NCBI GenBank assembly: GCA_964016885.1
Contig: OZ024740.1
Span: 7,564,001-7,628,000 of the forward strand
Source of the DNA: Eledone cirrhosa
Lineage: Eukaryota
DNA length: 64,000 nucleotides
Direction: 5' to 3'
In this document: in pieces, positions 14,301 through 29,000 of the stretch
Layout: every line of letters begins with the position of its first letter
How positions within the stretch are numbered: position 1 is the stretch's first letter
The notes under the pieces: model-generated
Databases searched by the model: none
What the model saw: only the letters and a program-made list of their open reading frames with translations
What the model was told of the DNA's origin: nothing
Program-made: the position numbers and the translations under genes

Positions 14301-17300
14301 ATCAGTTTCGATTGGTATGTCAGTTTCTATTGGTATATCAGTTTCTATTGGTATGTCAGTTTCGATTGGTATGTCAGTTTCGATTGGTATGTCAATTTCG
14401 ATTAGTATATCAGTTTCGATTAGTATGTCAGTTACTATTGGTATATCACTTTCGATTGGTATATCTGTTTCGATTGGTATGTCAGTTTCTATTGTTATAT
14501 CAGATTCGATTAGCATGTCAGTTTTGATTAGTATATCAGTTTCTATTGCTATGTCAGTTTCGATTGGTATATCAGTTTCTATTGGTATATCAGTTTCTAT
14601 TGGTATGTCAGTTTTGATTGGTATAGCAGTTCCTATTGGTATGTCAGTTTCGATTGGTATGTCAGTTTCTATTGGTATATCAGTTTCGATTGGTATGTCA
14701 GTTTCTATTGGTATGTCAGTTTCGATTATTATATCAGTTACTATTGGTATGTCAGTTTTGATTGGTATGTCAGTTTCTATTGGTATATCTGTTTCGATTG
14801 GTATGTCAGTTTCGATTAGTATATCAGTTTCTATAGGTATGTCAGTTTCTATTAGTATATCAGTTTCGATTGGTATATCAGTTTCGATTGGTATGTCAGT
14901 TTCGATTGGTATATCAGTTTCTATTGGTATATCAGTTTAGATTGATATATCAGTTTCGATTAGTTTGTCAGTTTCTATTGGTATATCAGTTTCGATTGTT
15001 ATATCAGTTTCGATTGGTATATCAGTTTCGATTGGTATGTCAGTTTCTATTGGTATATCAGTTTCTATTGGTATGTCAGTTTCGATTGGTATGTCAGTTT
15101 CGATTGGTATGTCAATTTCGATTAGTATATCAGTTTCGATTAGTATGTCAGTTACTATTGGTATATCACTTTCGATTGGTATATCTATTTCGATTGGTAT
15201 GTCAGTTTCTATTGTTATATCAGATTCGATTAGTATGTCAGTTTTGATTAGTATATCAGTTTCTATTGCTATGTCAGTTTCGATTGGTATATCAGTTTCT
15301 ATTGGTATATCAGTTTCTATTGGTATGTCAGTTTTTATTGGTATATCAGTTTCGATTGGTATATCAGTTTCGATTAGTATGTCAGTTTCTATTGGTATGT
15401 CAGTTTCGATTAGTATATCAGTTTCTATTGGTATGTCAGTTTCTATTGGTATATCAGTTTCGATTGGTATATCAGTTTCTATTGGTATGTCAGTTTCTAT
15501 TGGTATGTCAGTTTTGATTGGTATATCAATTTCTATTGGTAAGTCAGTTTCGATTAGTATGTCAGTTTCTATTGGTATATCAGTTTCGATTGGTATGTCA
15601 GTTTCTATTGGTATGTCAGTTTTGATTTTTATATCAGTTACTATTGGTATGTCAGTTTCGATTGGTATGTCAATTTCTATTGGTATATGTGTTTCGATTG
15701 GTATGTCAGTTTCGATTAGTATATCAGTTTCTATTGGACTGTCAGTTTCCATTGATATATCAGTTTCGTTTGGTATATCAGTTTCTATTGGTATGTCAGT
15801 TTCGATTGGTATGTCAGTTTCTATTGGTATATCAGTTGTGATTGATATATCAGTTTCGATTAGTATGTCAGTTTCTAATGGTATGTCAGTTTTGATTAGT
15901 ATATCAGTTTCTATTGGTATGTCAGTTTCGATTGGTATGTCAGTTTCTATTGGTATATCAGTTTCGATTGGTATATCAGTTTCGATTGGTACGTCAGTTT
16001 GGATTGGTATGTCAATTTCAATTGGTATATCAGTTTCGATTAGTATGTCAGTTTCTATTGGTATATCTGTTTCAATTGGTATATCTGTTTCGATTGGTAT
16101 GTCAGTTTCGATTGGTATATCAGTTTCGATTGGTATGTCAGTTTCGATTAGTATATCAGTTACTATTGGTATGTGAGTTTCTATTGGTATATCAGTTTCG
16201 ACTGGTATATCAGTTTCGATTAGTATGTCAGTTTCTATTGGCATGTCAGTTTCGATTAGTATATCAGTTTCTATTGGTTGTCTGTTTCGATTGGTATGTC
16301 AGTTTAGATTGGTATATCAGTTTCTATTGGTATGACAGTTTCGATTGGTATATCAGTTTCTATTGGTATGACAGTTTCGATTGGTATATCAGTTTCGATT
16401 GGTATGTCAGTTTCGATTGGTATGTCAGTTTCGATTGGTATGTCAGTTTCGATTGGTATTTCAATTTCGATTGGTATATCAGTTTCGATTGGTATCTCAG
16501 TTTTGATTAGTATATTAGTTTCTATTGGTATGTCGGTTTCTATTGGTATATCAGTTTCGATTGTTATATCAGTTTCGATTAGTATGTCAGTTTCTATTGG
16601 TATGTCAGTTTCGATTAGTATGTCAGTTTCGATTGGTATATCAGTTTCGATTGGTATATCAGTTTCTATTGGTATATCAGTTTCTATTGGTATGTCAGTT
16701 TTGATTGGTATAGCAGTTCCTATTGGTATGTCAGTTTCGATTGGTATGTCAGTTTCTATTGGTATATCAGTTTCGATTGGTATGTCAGTTTCTATTGGTA
16801 TGTCAGTTTCGATTATTATATCAGTTACTATTGGTATGTCAGTTTTGATTGGTATGTCAGTTTCTATTGGTATATCTGTTTCGATTGGTATGTCAGTTTC
16901 GATTAGTATATCAGTTTCTATAGGTATGTCAGTTTCTATTAGTATATCAGTTTCGATTGGTATATCAGTTTCGATTGGTATGTCAGTTTCGATTGGTATA
17001 TCAGTTTCTATTGGTATATCAGTTTAGATTGATATATCAGTTTCGATTAGTTTGTCAGTTTCTATTGGTATATCAGTTTCGATTGTTATATCAGTTTCGA
17101 TTGGTATATCAGTTTCGATTGGTATGTCAGTTTCTATTGGTATATCAGTTTCTATTGGTATGTCAGTTTCGATTGGTATGTCAGTTTCGATTGGTATGTC
17201 AATTTCGATTAGTATATCAGTTTCGATTAGTATGTCAGTTACTATTGGTATATCACTTTCGATTGGTATATCTGTTTCGATTGGTATGTCAGTTTCTATT

Positions 17301-17420
17301 GTTATATCAGATTCGATTAGCATGTCAGTTTTGATTAGTATATCAGTTTCTATTGCTATGTCAGTTTCGATTGGTATATCAGTTTCTATTGGTATATCAG
17401 TTTCTATTGGTATGTCAGTT
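8400..17420. repeat. HOR block B: ~4 copies of a ~2.07-kb unit (spacings 2068, 2033, 2789 including a 720-bp internal duplication); boundaries approximate
   Basis: The diagnostic deletion monomer ATTGGTTGTCTG occurs near 9385, 11455, 13488 and 16277. Matching ORFs start at 9024/11092/13125/15914, and 14150/14870 are 720 bp apart. Confidence 0.88.
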
Positions 17421-18649
17421 TTTATTGGTATATCAGTTTCTATTGGTATGTCAGTTTCGATTGTTATGTCAGTTTCTATTGGTATATCAGTTTTGATTGG
17501 TATGTTAGTTTCTATTGGTATGTCAGTTTCGATTAGTATATCAGTTTCTATTGGTTTGTCAGTTTCGATTGGTATATCAGTTTCTATTGGTATATCAGTT
17601 TCTATTGGTATGTCAATTTCGAATGGTATATCAGTTTCGATTAGTATGTCAGTTTCTATTGGTATATCAGTTTCGATTGGTATATCTGTTTCGATTGGTA
17701 TATCAGTTTCGATTGGTATGTCAGTTTCGATTAGTATATCAGTTTCTATTGGTATGTGAGTTTCTATTGGTATATCAGTTTCGATTGGTATATCAGTTTC
17801 GATTAGTATGTCAGTTTCTATTGGTATGTCAGTTTCGATTAGTATAACAGTTTAGATTGGTATATCAGTTTCTATTTGTATGATAGTTTCGAATGGTATA
17901 TCAGTTTTGATTGGTATGTCAATTTCAATTGGTATATCAGTTTCGATTAGTATGTCAGTTTCGATTGGTATATCAGTTTCGATTGGTATGTCAGTTTCGA
18001 TTAGTATATCAGTTTCTATTGGTATGTGAGTTTCTATTGGTATATCAGTTTAGATTGGTATATCAGTTTCGATTAGTATGTCAGTTTCTATTGGTATGTC
18101 AGTTTCGATTAGTATAACAGTTTAGATTGGTATATCAGTTTCTATTTGTATGACAGTTTCGATTGGTATATCAGTTTCGATTGGTATATCAGTTTCGATC
18201 GGTATATCAGTTTCTATTGGTATATCAGTTTCTATTGGTATGACAGTTTCGATTGGTATATCAGTTTCAATTGGTATGTCAATTTGGATAGGTATGTCAG
18301 TTTCGATTGGTATGTCAGTTTCGATTGGTATGTCAATCTCGATTGGTATATCAGTTTCGATTGGTATATCAGTTTCGATTGGTATGTCAGTATGGATAAG
18401 TATGTCAGTTTCGATTGGTATGTCAGTTTCGATTGGTAAGTCAATTTCGATTGGTATGTCAATTTCGATTGGTATATCAGTTTCGATTGGTATGTCAGTT
18501 TCGATTGGTATATCAGTTTTGATTAGTATATTAGTTTCTATTGGTATGTCGGTTTCTATTGGTATATCAGTTTCGATTGGTATATCAGTTTTGATTAGTA
18601 TGTCAGTTTCTATTGGTATGTCAGTTTCGATTAGTATATCAGTTTCTAT

Positions 18650-21600
18650 TGATATGTCAGTTTCGATTGGTATGTCAGATTCTATTAGTATATCAGTTTC
18701 GATTGGTATATCAGTTTCGATTGGTATGTCAGTTTCGATTGGTATATCAGTTTCGATTGGTATATCAGTTTCGATTGGTATGTCAGTTGTAATTGGTACG
18801 TCAATTTCGATTGGTATATTAGTTTCAATTAGTATGTCAGTTTCTATTGGTATATCAGTATCTATTGGTATGTCAGTTTCGATAGGTATGTCTGTTTCTA
18901 TTGGTATAACAGTTTCGATCGGTATGTCAGTTTCGATTGGTATATCAGTTTCGATTAGTATGTCAGTTTCTATTGGTATGTCAGTTTCGATTAGTATATC
19001 AGTTTGGATTGGTATGTCAATTACAATTGGTATATCAGTTTCGATTAGTATGTCAGTTTCGATTGGTATATCAGTTTCGATTGGTATATCAGTTTCTATT
19101 GGTATATCAGTTTCTATTGGTATGACAGTTTCGATTGGTATATCAGTTTCGATTGGTATGTCAGTTTGGATAGGTATGTCTGTTTCGATTGGTATGTCAG
19201 TTTCGATTGGTATGTCAATTTCGATTGGTTTATCAGTTTCGATTGGTATATCAGTTTCGATTGGTATGTCAGTTTGAATAGGTATGTCAGTTTCGATTGG
19301 TATGTCAGTTTCGATTGGTAAGTCAGTTTCGATTGGTATGTCAATTTCGATTGGTATCTCAGTTTTGATGTGTATATTAGTTTCTATTGGTATGTCGGTT
19401 TCTATTGGTATATCAGTTTCGATTGGTATGTCAGTTTTGATTAGTATGTCAGTTTCTATTGGTATGTCAGTTTCGATTAGTATATCAGTTTCTATTGATA
19501 TGTCTGTTTCATTTGGTATATCAGATTCTATTGGTATATCAATTTCTATTGGTATATCAGTTTCTATTGGTATGTCAGTTTTGATTGGTATATCAGTTTT
19601 GATTGGTATGTCAGTTTCTATTGGTATGTCAGTTTCGATTGGTATGTCAGTTTCGATTGGTATATCAGTTCGATTGGTATGTCAGTTTCTATTGGTATGT
19701 AAGTTTCGATTATTATATCTGTTACTATTAGTATGTCAGTTTCGATTGGTATGACAGTTTCGATTGGTATATCAGTTTCGATTGGTTTATCAGTTTCGAT
19801 TGGTATGTCAATTTCGATTGGTATGTCAATTTCGATTGGTATATTAGTTTCGATTGGTATATCAGTTTCTATTGGTATATCAGTATCTAGTGGTATGTCA
19901 GTTTCGATAGGTATGTCTGTTTCTATTGGTATAACAGTTTCGATTGGTATGTCAGTTTCTATTGGTATGTCAGTTTCAATTATTATATCAGTTACTATTG
20001 GTATGTCAGTTTCGATTGGTATGTCAGCTTATATTGGTATATCAGTTTCTATTGGTGTGACAGTTTCGATTGGTATATCAGTTTGGACTGGTATGTCAAA
20101 TTGGATTTGTATGTCAGTTTGGATTGGTATGTCAGTTTCGATTGGTATGTCAGTTTCGATTGGTATGTCAATCTCGATTGGTATAGCAGTTTCGATTGGT
20201 ATATCAGTTTCGATTGGTATGTCAGTTTCGATTTGGTATGTCAGTTTCTATTGGTATATCAGTTTCGATTGGTATATCACTTTCGATTAGTATGTCAGTC
20301 TCTATTGGTATGTCAGTTTCGATTAGTATATCAGTTTCTATTGGTATGTCAGTTTCTATTGGTATATCAGTTTCGATTGGTATATCAGTTTCGATTGGTA
20401 TATCAGTTTCTATTGGTATATCAGTTTCTATTGGTATGTCAGTTTTGATTGGTATATCAATTTCTATTGGTATGTCAGTTTCGATTAGTATGTCAGTTTC
20501 TATTGGTATATCAGTTTCGATTGGTATGTCAGTTTCTATTGGTATGTCAGTTTTGATTTTTATATCAGTTACTATTGGTATGTCAGTTTCGATTGGTATG
20601 TCAGTTTCTATTGGTATATGTGTTTCGATTGGTATGTCAGTTTCGATTAGTATATCAGTTTCTATTGGACTGTCAGTTTCCATTGATATATCAGTTTCGT
20701 TTGGTATATCAGTTTTTATTGGTATGTCAGTTTCGATTGGTATGTCAGTTTCTATTGGTATATCAGTTGCGATTGATATATCAGTTTCGATTAGTATGTC
20801 AGTTTCTAATGGTATGTCAGTTTTGATTAGTATATCAGTTTCTATTTGTATGTCAGTTTCGATTGGTATGTCAGTTTCTATTGGTATATCAGTTTCGATT
20901 GGTATATCAGTTTCGATTTGTACGTCAGTTTGGATTGGTATGTCAATTTCAATTGGTATATCAGTTTCGATTAGTATGTCAGTTTCTATTGGTATATCAG
21001 TTTCAATTGGTATATCTGTTTCGATTGGTATGTCAGTTTCGATTGGTATATCAGTTTCGATTTGTATGTCAGTTTCGATTAGTATATCAGTTACTATTGG
21101 TATGTGAGTTTCTTTTGGTATATCAGTTTCGACTGGTATATCAGTTTCGATTAGTATGTCAGTTTCTATTGGCATGTCAGTTTCGATTAGTATATCAGTT
21201 TCTATTGGTTGTCAGTTTCGATTGGTATGTCAGTTTAGATTAGTATATCAGTTTCTATTGGTATATCAGTTTCGATTGGTATATCAGTTTCGATTGGTAT
21301 GTCAGTTTCGATTGGTATGTCAGATTCTATTAGTATATCAGTTTCGATTGGTATATCAGTTTCGATTGGTATGTCAGTTTCGATTGGTATATCAGTTTCG
21401 ATTGGTATATCAGTTTCGATTGGTATGTCAGTTGTAATTGGTACGTCAATTTCGATTGGTATATTAGTTTCGATTAGTATGTCAGTTTCTATTGGTATAT
21501 CAGTATCTATTGGTATGTCAGTTTCGATAGGTATGTCTGTTTCTATTGGTATAACAGTTTCGATCGGTATGTCAGTTTCGATTGGTATATCAGTTTCGAT

Positions 21601-24600
21601 TAGTATGTCAGTTTCTATTGGTATGTCAGTTTCGATTAGTATATCAGTTTGGATTGGTATGTCAATTACAATTGGTATATCAGTTTCGATTAGTATGTCA
21701 GTTTCGATTGGTATATCAGTTTCGATTGGTATATCAGTTTCTATTGGTATATCAGTTTCTATTGGTATGACAGTTTCGATTGGTATATCAGTTTCGATTG
21801 GTATGTCAGTTTGGATAGGTATGTCTGTTTCGATTGGTATGTCAGTTTCGATTGGTATGTCAATTTCGATTGGTTTATCAGTTTCGATTGGTATATCAGT
21901 TTCGATTGGTATGTCAGTTTGAATAGGTATGTCAGTTTCGATTGGTATGTCAGTTTCGATTGGTAAGTCAGTTTCGATTGGTATGTCAATTTCGATTGGT
22001 ATCTCAGTTTTGATGTGTATATTAGTTTCTATTGGTATGTCGGTTTCTATTGGTATATCAGTTTCGATTGGTATGTCAGTTTCGATTAGTATGTCAGTTT
22101 CTATTGGTATATCAGTTTCAATTGGTATATCTGTTTCGATTGGTATGTCAGTTTCGATTGGTATATCAGTTTCGATTTGTATGTCAGTTTCGATTAGTAT
22201 ATCAGTTACTATTGGTATGTGAGTTTCTTTTGGTATATCAGTTTCGACTGGTATATCAGTTTCGATTAGTATGTCAGTTTCTATTGGCATGTCAGTTTCG
22301 ATTAGTATATCAGTTTCTATTGGTTGTCAGTTTCGATTGGTATGTCAGTTTAGATTAGTATATCAGTTTCTATTGGTATGATAGTTTCGATTGGTATATC
22401 AGTTTCGATTGGTATGTCAGTTTCGATTGGTATGTCAGATTCTATTAGTATATCAGTTTCGATTGGTATATCAGTTTCGATTGGTATGTCAGTTTCGATT
22501 GGTATATCAGTTTCGATTGGTATATCAGTTTCGATTGGTATGTCAGTTGTAATTGTTACGTCAATTTCGATTGGTATATTAGTTTCGATTAGTATGTCAG
22601 TTTCTATTGGTATATCAGTATCTATTGGTATGTCAGTTTCGATAGGTATGTCTGTTTCTATTGGTATAACAGTTTCGATCGGTATGTCAGTTTCGATTGG
22701 TATATCAGTTTCGATTAGTATGTCAGTTTCTATTGGTATGTCAGTTTCGATTAGTATATCAGTTTGGATTGGTATGTCAATTACAATTGGTATATCAGTT
22801 TCGATTAGTATGTCAGTTTCGATTGGTATATCAGTTTCGATTGGTATATCAGTTTCTATTGGTATATCAGTTTCTATTGGTATGACAGTTTCGATTGGTA
22901 TATCAGTTTCGATTGGTATGTCAGTTTGGATAGGTATGTCTGTTTCGATTGGTATGTCAGTTTCGATTGGTATGTCAATTTCGATTGGTTTATCAGTTTC
23001 GATTGGTATATCAGTTTCGATTGGTATGTCAGTTTGAATAGGTATGTCAGTTTCGATTGGTATGTCAGTTTCGATTGGTAAGTCAGTTTCGATTGGTATG
23101 TCAATTTCGATTGGTATCTCAGTTTTGATGTGTATATTAGTTTCTATTGGTATGTCGGTTTCTATTGGTATATCAGTTTCGATTGGTATGTCAGTTTTGA
23201 TTAGTATGTCAGTTTCTATTGGTATGTCAGTTTCGATTAGTATATCAGTTTCTATTGATATGTCTGTTTCATTTGGTATATCAGATTCTATTGGTATATC
23301 AATTTCTATTGGTATATCAGTTTCTATTGGTATGTCAGTTTTGATTGGTATATCAGTTTTGATTGGTATGTCAGTTTCTATTGGTATGTCAGTTTCGATT
23401 GGTATGTCAGTTTCGATTGGTATATCAGTTCGATTGGTATGTCAGTTTCTATTGGTATGTAAGTTTCGATTATTATATCTGTTACTATTAGTATGTCAGT
23501 TTCGATTGGTATGACAGTTTCGATTGGTATATCAGTTTCGATTGGTATATCAGTTTCGATTGGTATGTCAATTTCGATTGGTATGTCAATTTCGATTGGT
23601 ATATTAGTTTCGATTGGTATATCAGTTTCTATTGGTATATCAGTATCTAGTGGTATGTCAGTTTCGATAGGTATGTCTGTTTCTATTGGTATAACAGTTT
23701 CGATTGGTATGTCAGTTTCTATTGGTATGTCAGTTTCAATTATTATATCAGTTACTATTGGTATGTCAGTTTCGATTGGTATGTCAGCTTATATTGGTAT
23801 ATCAGTTTCTATTGGTGTGACAGTTTCGATTGGTATATCAGTTTGGACTGGTATGTCAAATTGGATTTGTATGTCAGTTTGGATTGGTATGTCAGTTTCG
23901 ATTGGTATGTCAGTTTCGATTGGTATGTCAATCTCGATTGGTATAGCAGTTTCGATTGGTATATCAGTTTCGATTGGTATGTCAGTTTCGATTTGGTATG
24001 TCAGTTTCTATTGGTATATCAGTTTCGATTGGTATATCACTTTCGATTAGTATGTCAGTCTCTATTGGTATGTCAGTTTCGATTAGTATATCAGTTTCTA
24101 TTGGTATGTCAGTTTCTATTGGTATATCAGTTTCGATTGGTATATCAGTTTCGATTGGTATATCAGTTTCTATTGGTATATCAGTTTCTATTGGTATGTC
24201 AGTTTTGATTGGTATATCAATTTCTATTGGTATGTCAGTTTCGATTAGTATGTCAGTTTCTATTGGTATATCAGTTTCGATTGGTATGTCAGTTTCTATT
24301 GGTATGTCAGTTTTGATTTTTATATCAGTTACTATTGGTATGTCAGTTTCGATTGGTATGTCAGTTTCTATTGGTATATGTGTTTCGATTGGTATGTCAG
24401 TTTCGATTAGTATATCAGTTTCTATTGGACTGTCAGTTTCCATTGATATATCAGTTTCGTTTGGTATATCAGTTTTTATTGGTATGTCAGTTTCGATTGG
24501 TATGTCAGTTTCTATTGGTATATCAGTTGCGATTGATATATCAGTTTCGATTAGTATGTCAGTTTCTAATGGTATGTCAGTTTTGATTAGTATATCAGTT

Positions 24601-25020
24601 TCTATTTGTATGTCAGTTTCGATTGGTATGTCAGTTTCTATTGGTATATCAGTTTCGATTGGTATATCAGTTTCGATTTGTACGTCAGTTTGGATTGGTA
24701 TGTCAATTTCAATTGGTATATCAGTTTCGATTAGTATGTCAGTTTCTATTGGTATATCAGTTTCAATTGGTATATCTGTTTCGATTGGTATGTCAGTTTC
24801 GATTGGTATATCAGTTTCGATTTGTATGTCAGTTTCGATTAGTATATCAGTTACTATTGGTATGTGAGTTTCTTTTGGTATATCAGTTTCGACTGGTATA
24901 TCAGTTTCGATTAGTATGTCAGTTTCTATTGGCATGTCAGTTTCGATTAGTATATCAGTTTCTATTGGTTGTCAGTTTCGATTGGTATGTCAGTTTAGAT
25001 TAGTATATCAGTTTCTATTG
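18650..25020. repeat. HOR block C: 3760-bp period (2645-bp unit plus a 1115-bp partial copy); boundaries approximate
   Basis: ORF offsets 18937/21582/22697, 19284/23044 and 20863/24623. Shared markers include GATGTGTATATTAG, GTTTGAATAGG and the insertion monomer CGATTTGGT. Confidence 0.88.
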
Positions 25021-26049
25021 GTATGACAGTTTCGATTGGTATATCAGTTTCGATTGGTATGTCAGTTTCGATTGGTATGTCAATTTCGATTGGTATGTCA
25101 ATTTCGATTGGTATATCAGTGTTGATTGGTATATCAGTTTCGATTGGTATCTCAGTTTTGATTAGTATATTAGTTTCTATTGGTATGTCGGTTTCTATTG
25201 GTATATCAGTTTCGATTGTTATATCAGTTTCGATTAGTATGTCAGTTTCTATTGGTATGTCAGTTTCGATTAGTATGTCAGTTCCAATTGGTATATCAGT
25301 TTCGATTGGTATATCAGTTTCTATTGGTATATCAGTTTCTATTGGTATGTCAGTTTTGATTGGTATAGCAGTTCCTATTGGTATGTCAGTTTCGATTGGT
25401 ATGTCAGTTTCTATTGGTATATCAGTTTCGATTGGTATGTCAGTTTCTATTGGTATGTCAGTTTCGATTATTATATCAGTTACTATTGGTATGTCAGTTT
25501 TGATTGGTATGTCAGTTTCTATTGGTATATCTGTTTCGATTGGTATGTCAGTTTCGATTAGTATATCAGTTTCTATAGGTATGTCAGTTTCTATTAATAT
25601 ATCAGTTTCGATTGGTATATCAGTTTTGATTCGTATGTCAGTTTCGATTGGTATATCAGTTTCTATTGGTATATCAGTTTAAATTGATATATCAGTTTCG
25701 ATTAGTATGTCAGTTTCTATGGGTATATCAGATTTGATTGTTATATCAGTTTCGATTGGTATATCAGTTTCGATTGGTATGTCAGTTTCTATTGGTATAT
25801 CAGTTTCTATTGGTATGTCAGTTTCGATTGGTATGTCAGGTTCGATTGGTATGTCAATTTCGATTGGTATATTAGTTTTGATTAGTATGTCAGTTACTAT
25901 TGGTATATCAGTTTCGATTGGTATATCTGTTTCGATTAGTATGTCAGTTTCTATTGTTATATCAGATTCGATTAGTATGTCAGTTTCGATTAGTATATCA
26001 GTTTCTATTGCTATGTCAGTTTCGATTGGTATATCAGTTTCTACTGGTA

Positions 26050-29000
26050 TATCAGTTTCTATTGGTATGTCAGTTTTTATTGGTTTATCAGTTTCTATTG
26101 CTATGTCAGTTTCGATTGTTATGTCAGTTTCTATTGGTATATCAGTTTCTATTGGTATATCAGTTTCTATTGGTATGTCAATTCCGAATGGTATGTCAGT
26201 TTCTATTGGTATATCAGTTTCGATTGGTATGTCAGTTTCGAATAGTATATCAGTTTCTATTTGTATGTGAGTTTCTATTGGTATATCAGTTTCAATTGGT
26301 ATATCAGTTTCGATTAGTATGTCAGTTTCGATTGGTATATCAGTTTCGATTGGTAACTCAGTTTCGATTGGTATGTCAATTTCGATTGGTATCTCAGTTT
26401 TGATTAGTATATTAGTTTCTATTGGTATGTCGGTTTCTATTGGTATATCAGTTTCGATTGGTATGTCAGTTTCGATTAGTACGTCAGTTTCTATTGGTAT
26501 GTCAGTTTCGATTAGTATATCAGTTTCTATTGATATGTCTGTTTCGATTGGTATATCAGATTCTATTGGTATATCAGTTTTGATTGGTATATCAGTTTCG
26601 ATTGGTATATCAGTTTCTATTGGTATATCAGTTTCTATTGGTATGTCAGTTTTGATTGGTATATCAGTTTTGATTGGTATGTCAATTTCAATTAGTATAT
26701 CAGTTTCGATTGGTATATCAGTTTCGATTAGTATGTAAGTTTCTATTGGTATGTCAGTTTCGATTAGTATATCAGTTTCTATTGGTATGTCAGTTTCGAT
26801 TGGTAATCAGTTTCGATTGGTATATCAGTTTCGATTGGTACATCAGTTTCTATTGGTATATCAGTTTCTATTGGTATGTCAATTTTGATTGGTATATCAA
26901 TTTCTATTGGTATGTCAGTTTCGATTAGTATGTCAGTTTCTATTGGTATATCAGTTTCGATTGGTATGTCAGTTTCTATTGGTATATCAGTTTCGATTGG
27001 TATATCAGTTTCGATTGGTATATCAGTTTCGATTGGTATGTCAGTTTGGATAGGTATGTCAGTTTCGATTGGTATATCAGTTTCGATTGGTAAGTCAGTT
27101 TCGATTGGTATGTCAATTTCGATTGGTATCTCAGTTTTGATTAGTATATTAGTTTCTATTGGTATGTCGGTTTCTATTGGTATATCAATTTCGATTGGTA
27201 TGTCAGTTTCGATTAGTATGTCAGTTTCTATTGGTATGTCAGTTTCGATTAGTATATCAGTTTCTATTGATATGTCTGTTTCGATTGGTATATCAGATTC
27301 TATTGGTATATCAGTTTTGATTGGTATATCAGTTTCGATTAGTATATCAGTTTTTATTGGTATATCAGTTTCTATTGGTATGTCAGTTTTGATTCGTATA
27401 TCAGTTTTAATTGGTATGTCAATTTCAATTAGTATATCAGTTTCGATTGGTATATCAGTTTCGATTAGTATGTCAGTTTCTATTGGTATGTCAGTTTCGA
27501 TTGGTGTATCAGTTTCGATTGGTATATCAGTTTCCATTGGTATATCAGTTTCTATTGGTATGTCAGTTTTGATTGGTATATCAATTTCTATTGGCATGTC
27601 AGTTTCGATTAGTATGTCAGTTTCTATTGGTATATCAGTTTCGATTGGTATGTCAGTTTCTATTGGTATGTCAGTTTTTATTGGTATATCAGTTTCTATT
27701 GGTATGTCAGTTTCGATTGTTATGTCAGTTTCTATTGGTATATCAGTTTCTATTTATATATCAGTTTCTATTGGTATGTCAATTCCGAATGGTATGTCAG
27801 TTTCTATTGGTATATCAGTTTCGATTGGTATGTCAGTTTCGATTAGTATATCAGTTTCTATTGGTATGTGAGTTTCTATTGGTATATCAGTTTCAATTGG
27901 TATATCAGTTTCGATTAGTATGTCATTTTCGATTGGTATATCAGTTTCGATTGGTAACTCAGTTTCGATTGGTATGTCAATTTCGATTGGTATCTCAGTT
28001 TTGATTAGTATATTAGTTTCTATTGGTATGTCGGTTTCTATTGGTATATCAGTTTCGATTGGTATGTCAGTTTCGATTAGTATGTCAGTTTCTATTGGTA
28101 TGTCAGTTTCGATTAGTATATCAGTTTCTATTGATATGTCTGTTTCGATTGGTATATCAGATTCTATTGGTATATCAGTTTTGATTGGTATATCAGTTTC
28201 GATTGGTATATCAGTTTCTATTGGTATATCAGTTTCTATTGGTATGTCAGTTTGGATTGGTATATCAGTTTTGATTGGTATGTCAATTTCAATTAGTATA
28301 TCAGTTTCGATTGGTATATCAGTTTCGATTAGTATGTCAGTTTCTATTGGTATGTCAGTTTCGATTAGTATATCAGTTTCTATTGGTAAGTCAGTTTCGA
28401 TTGGTATATCAGTTTCGATTGGTATATCAGTTTCGATTGGTACATCAGTTTCTATTGGTATATCAGTTTCTATTGGTATGTCAATTTTGATTGGTATATC
28501 AATTTCTATTGGTATGTCAGTTTCGATTAGTATGTCAGTTTCTATTGGTATATCAGTTTCGATTGGTATGTCAGTTTCTATTGGTATATCAGTTTCGATT
28601 GGTATATCAGTTTCGATTGGTATATCAGTTTCGATTGGTATGTCAGTTTGGATAGGTATGTCAGTTTCGATTGGTATATCAGTTTCGATTGGTAAGTCAG
28701 TTTCGATTGGTATGTCAATTTCGATTGGTATCTCAGTTTTGATTAGTATATTAGTTTCTATTGGTATGTCGGTTTCTATTGGTATATCAGTTTCGATTGG
28801 TATGTCAGTTTCGATTAGTATGTCAGTTTCTATTGGTATGTCAGTTTCGATTAGTATATCAGTTTCTATTGATATGTCTGTTTCGATTGGTATATCAGAT
28901 TCTATTGGTATATCAGTTTTGATTGGTATATCAGTTTCGATTAGTATATCAGTTTCTATTGGTATATCAGTTTCTATTGGTATGTCAGTTTTGATTCGTA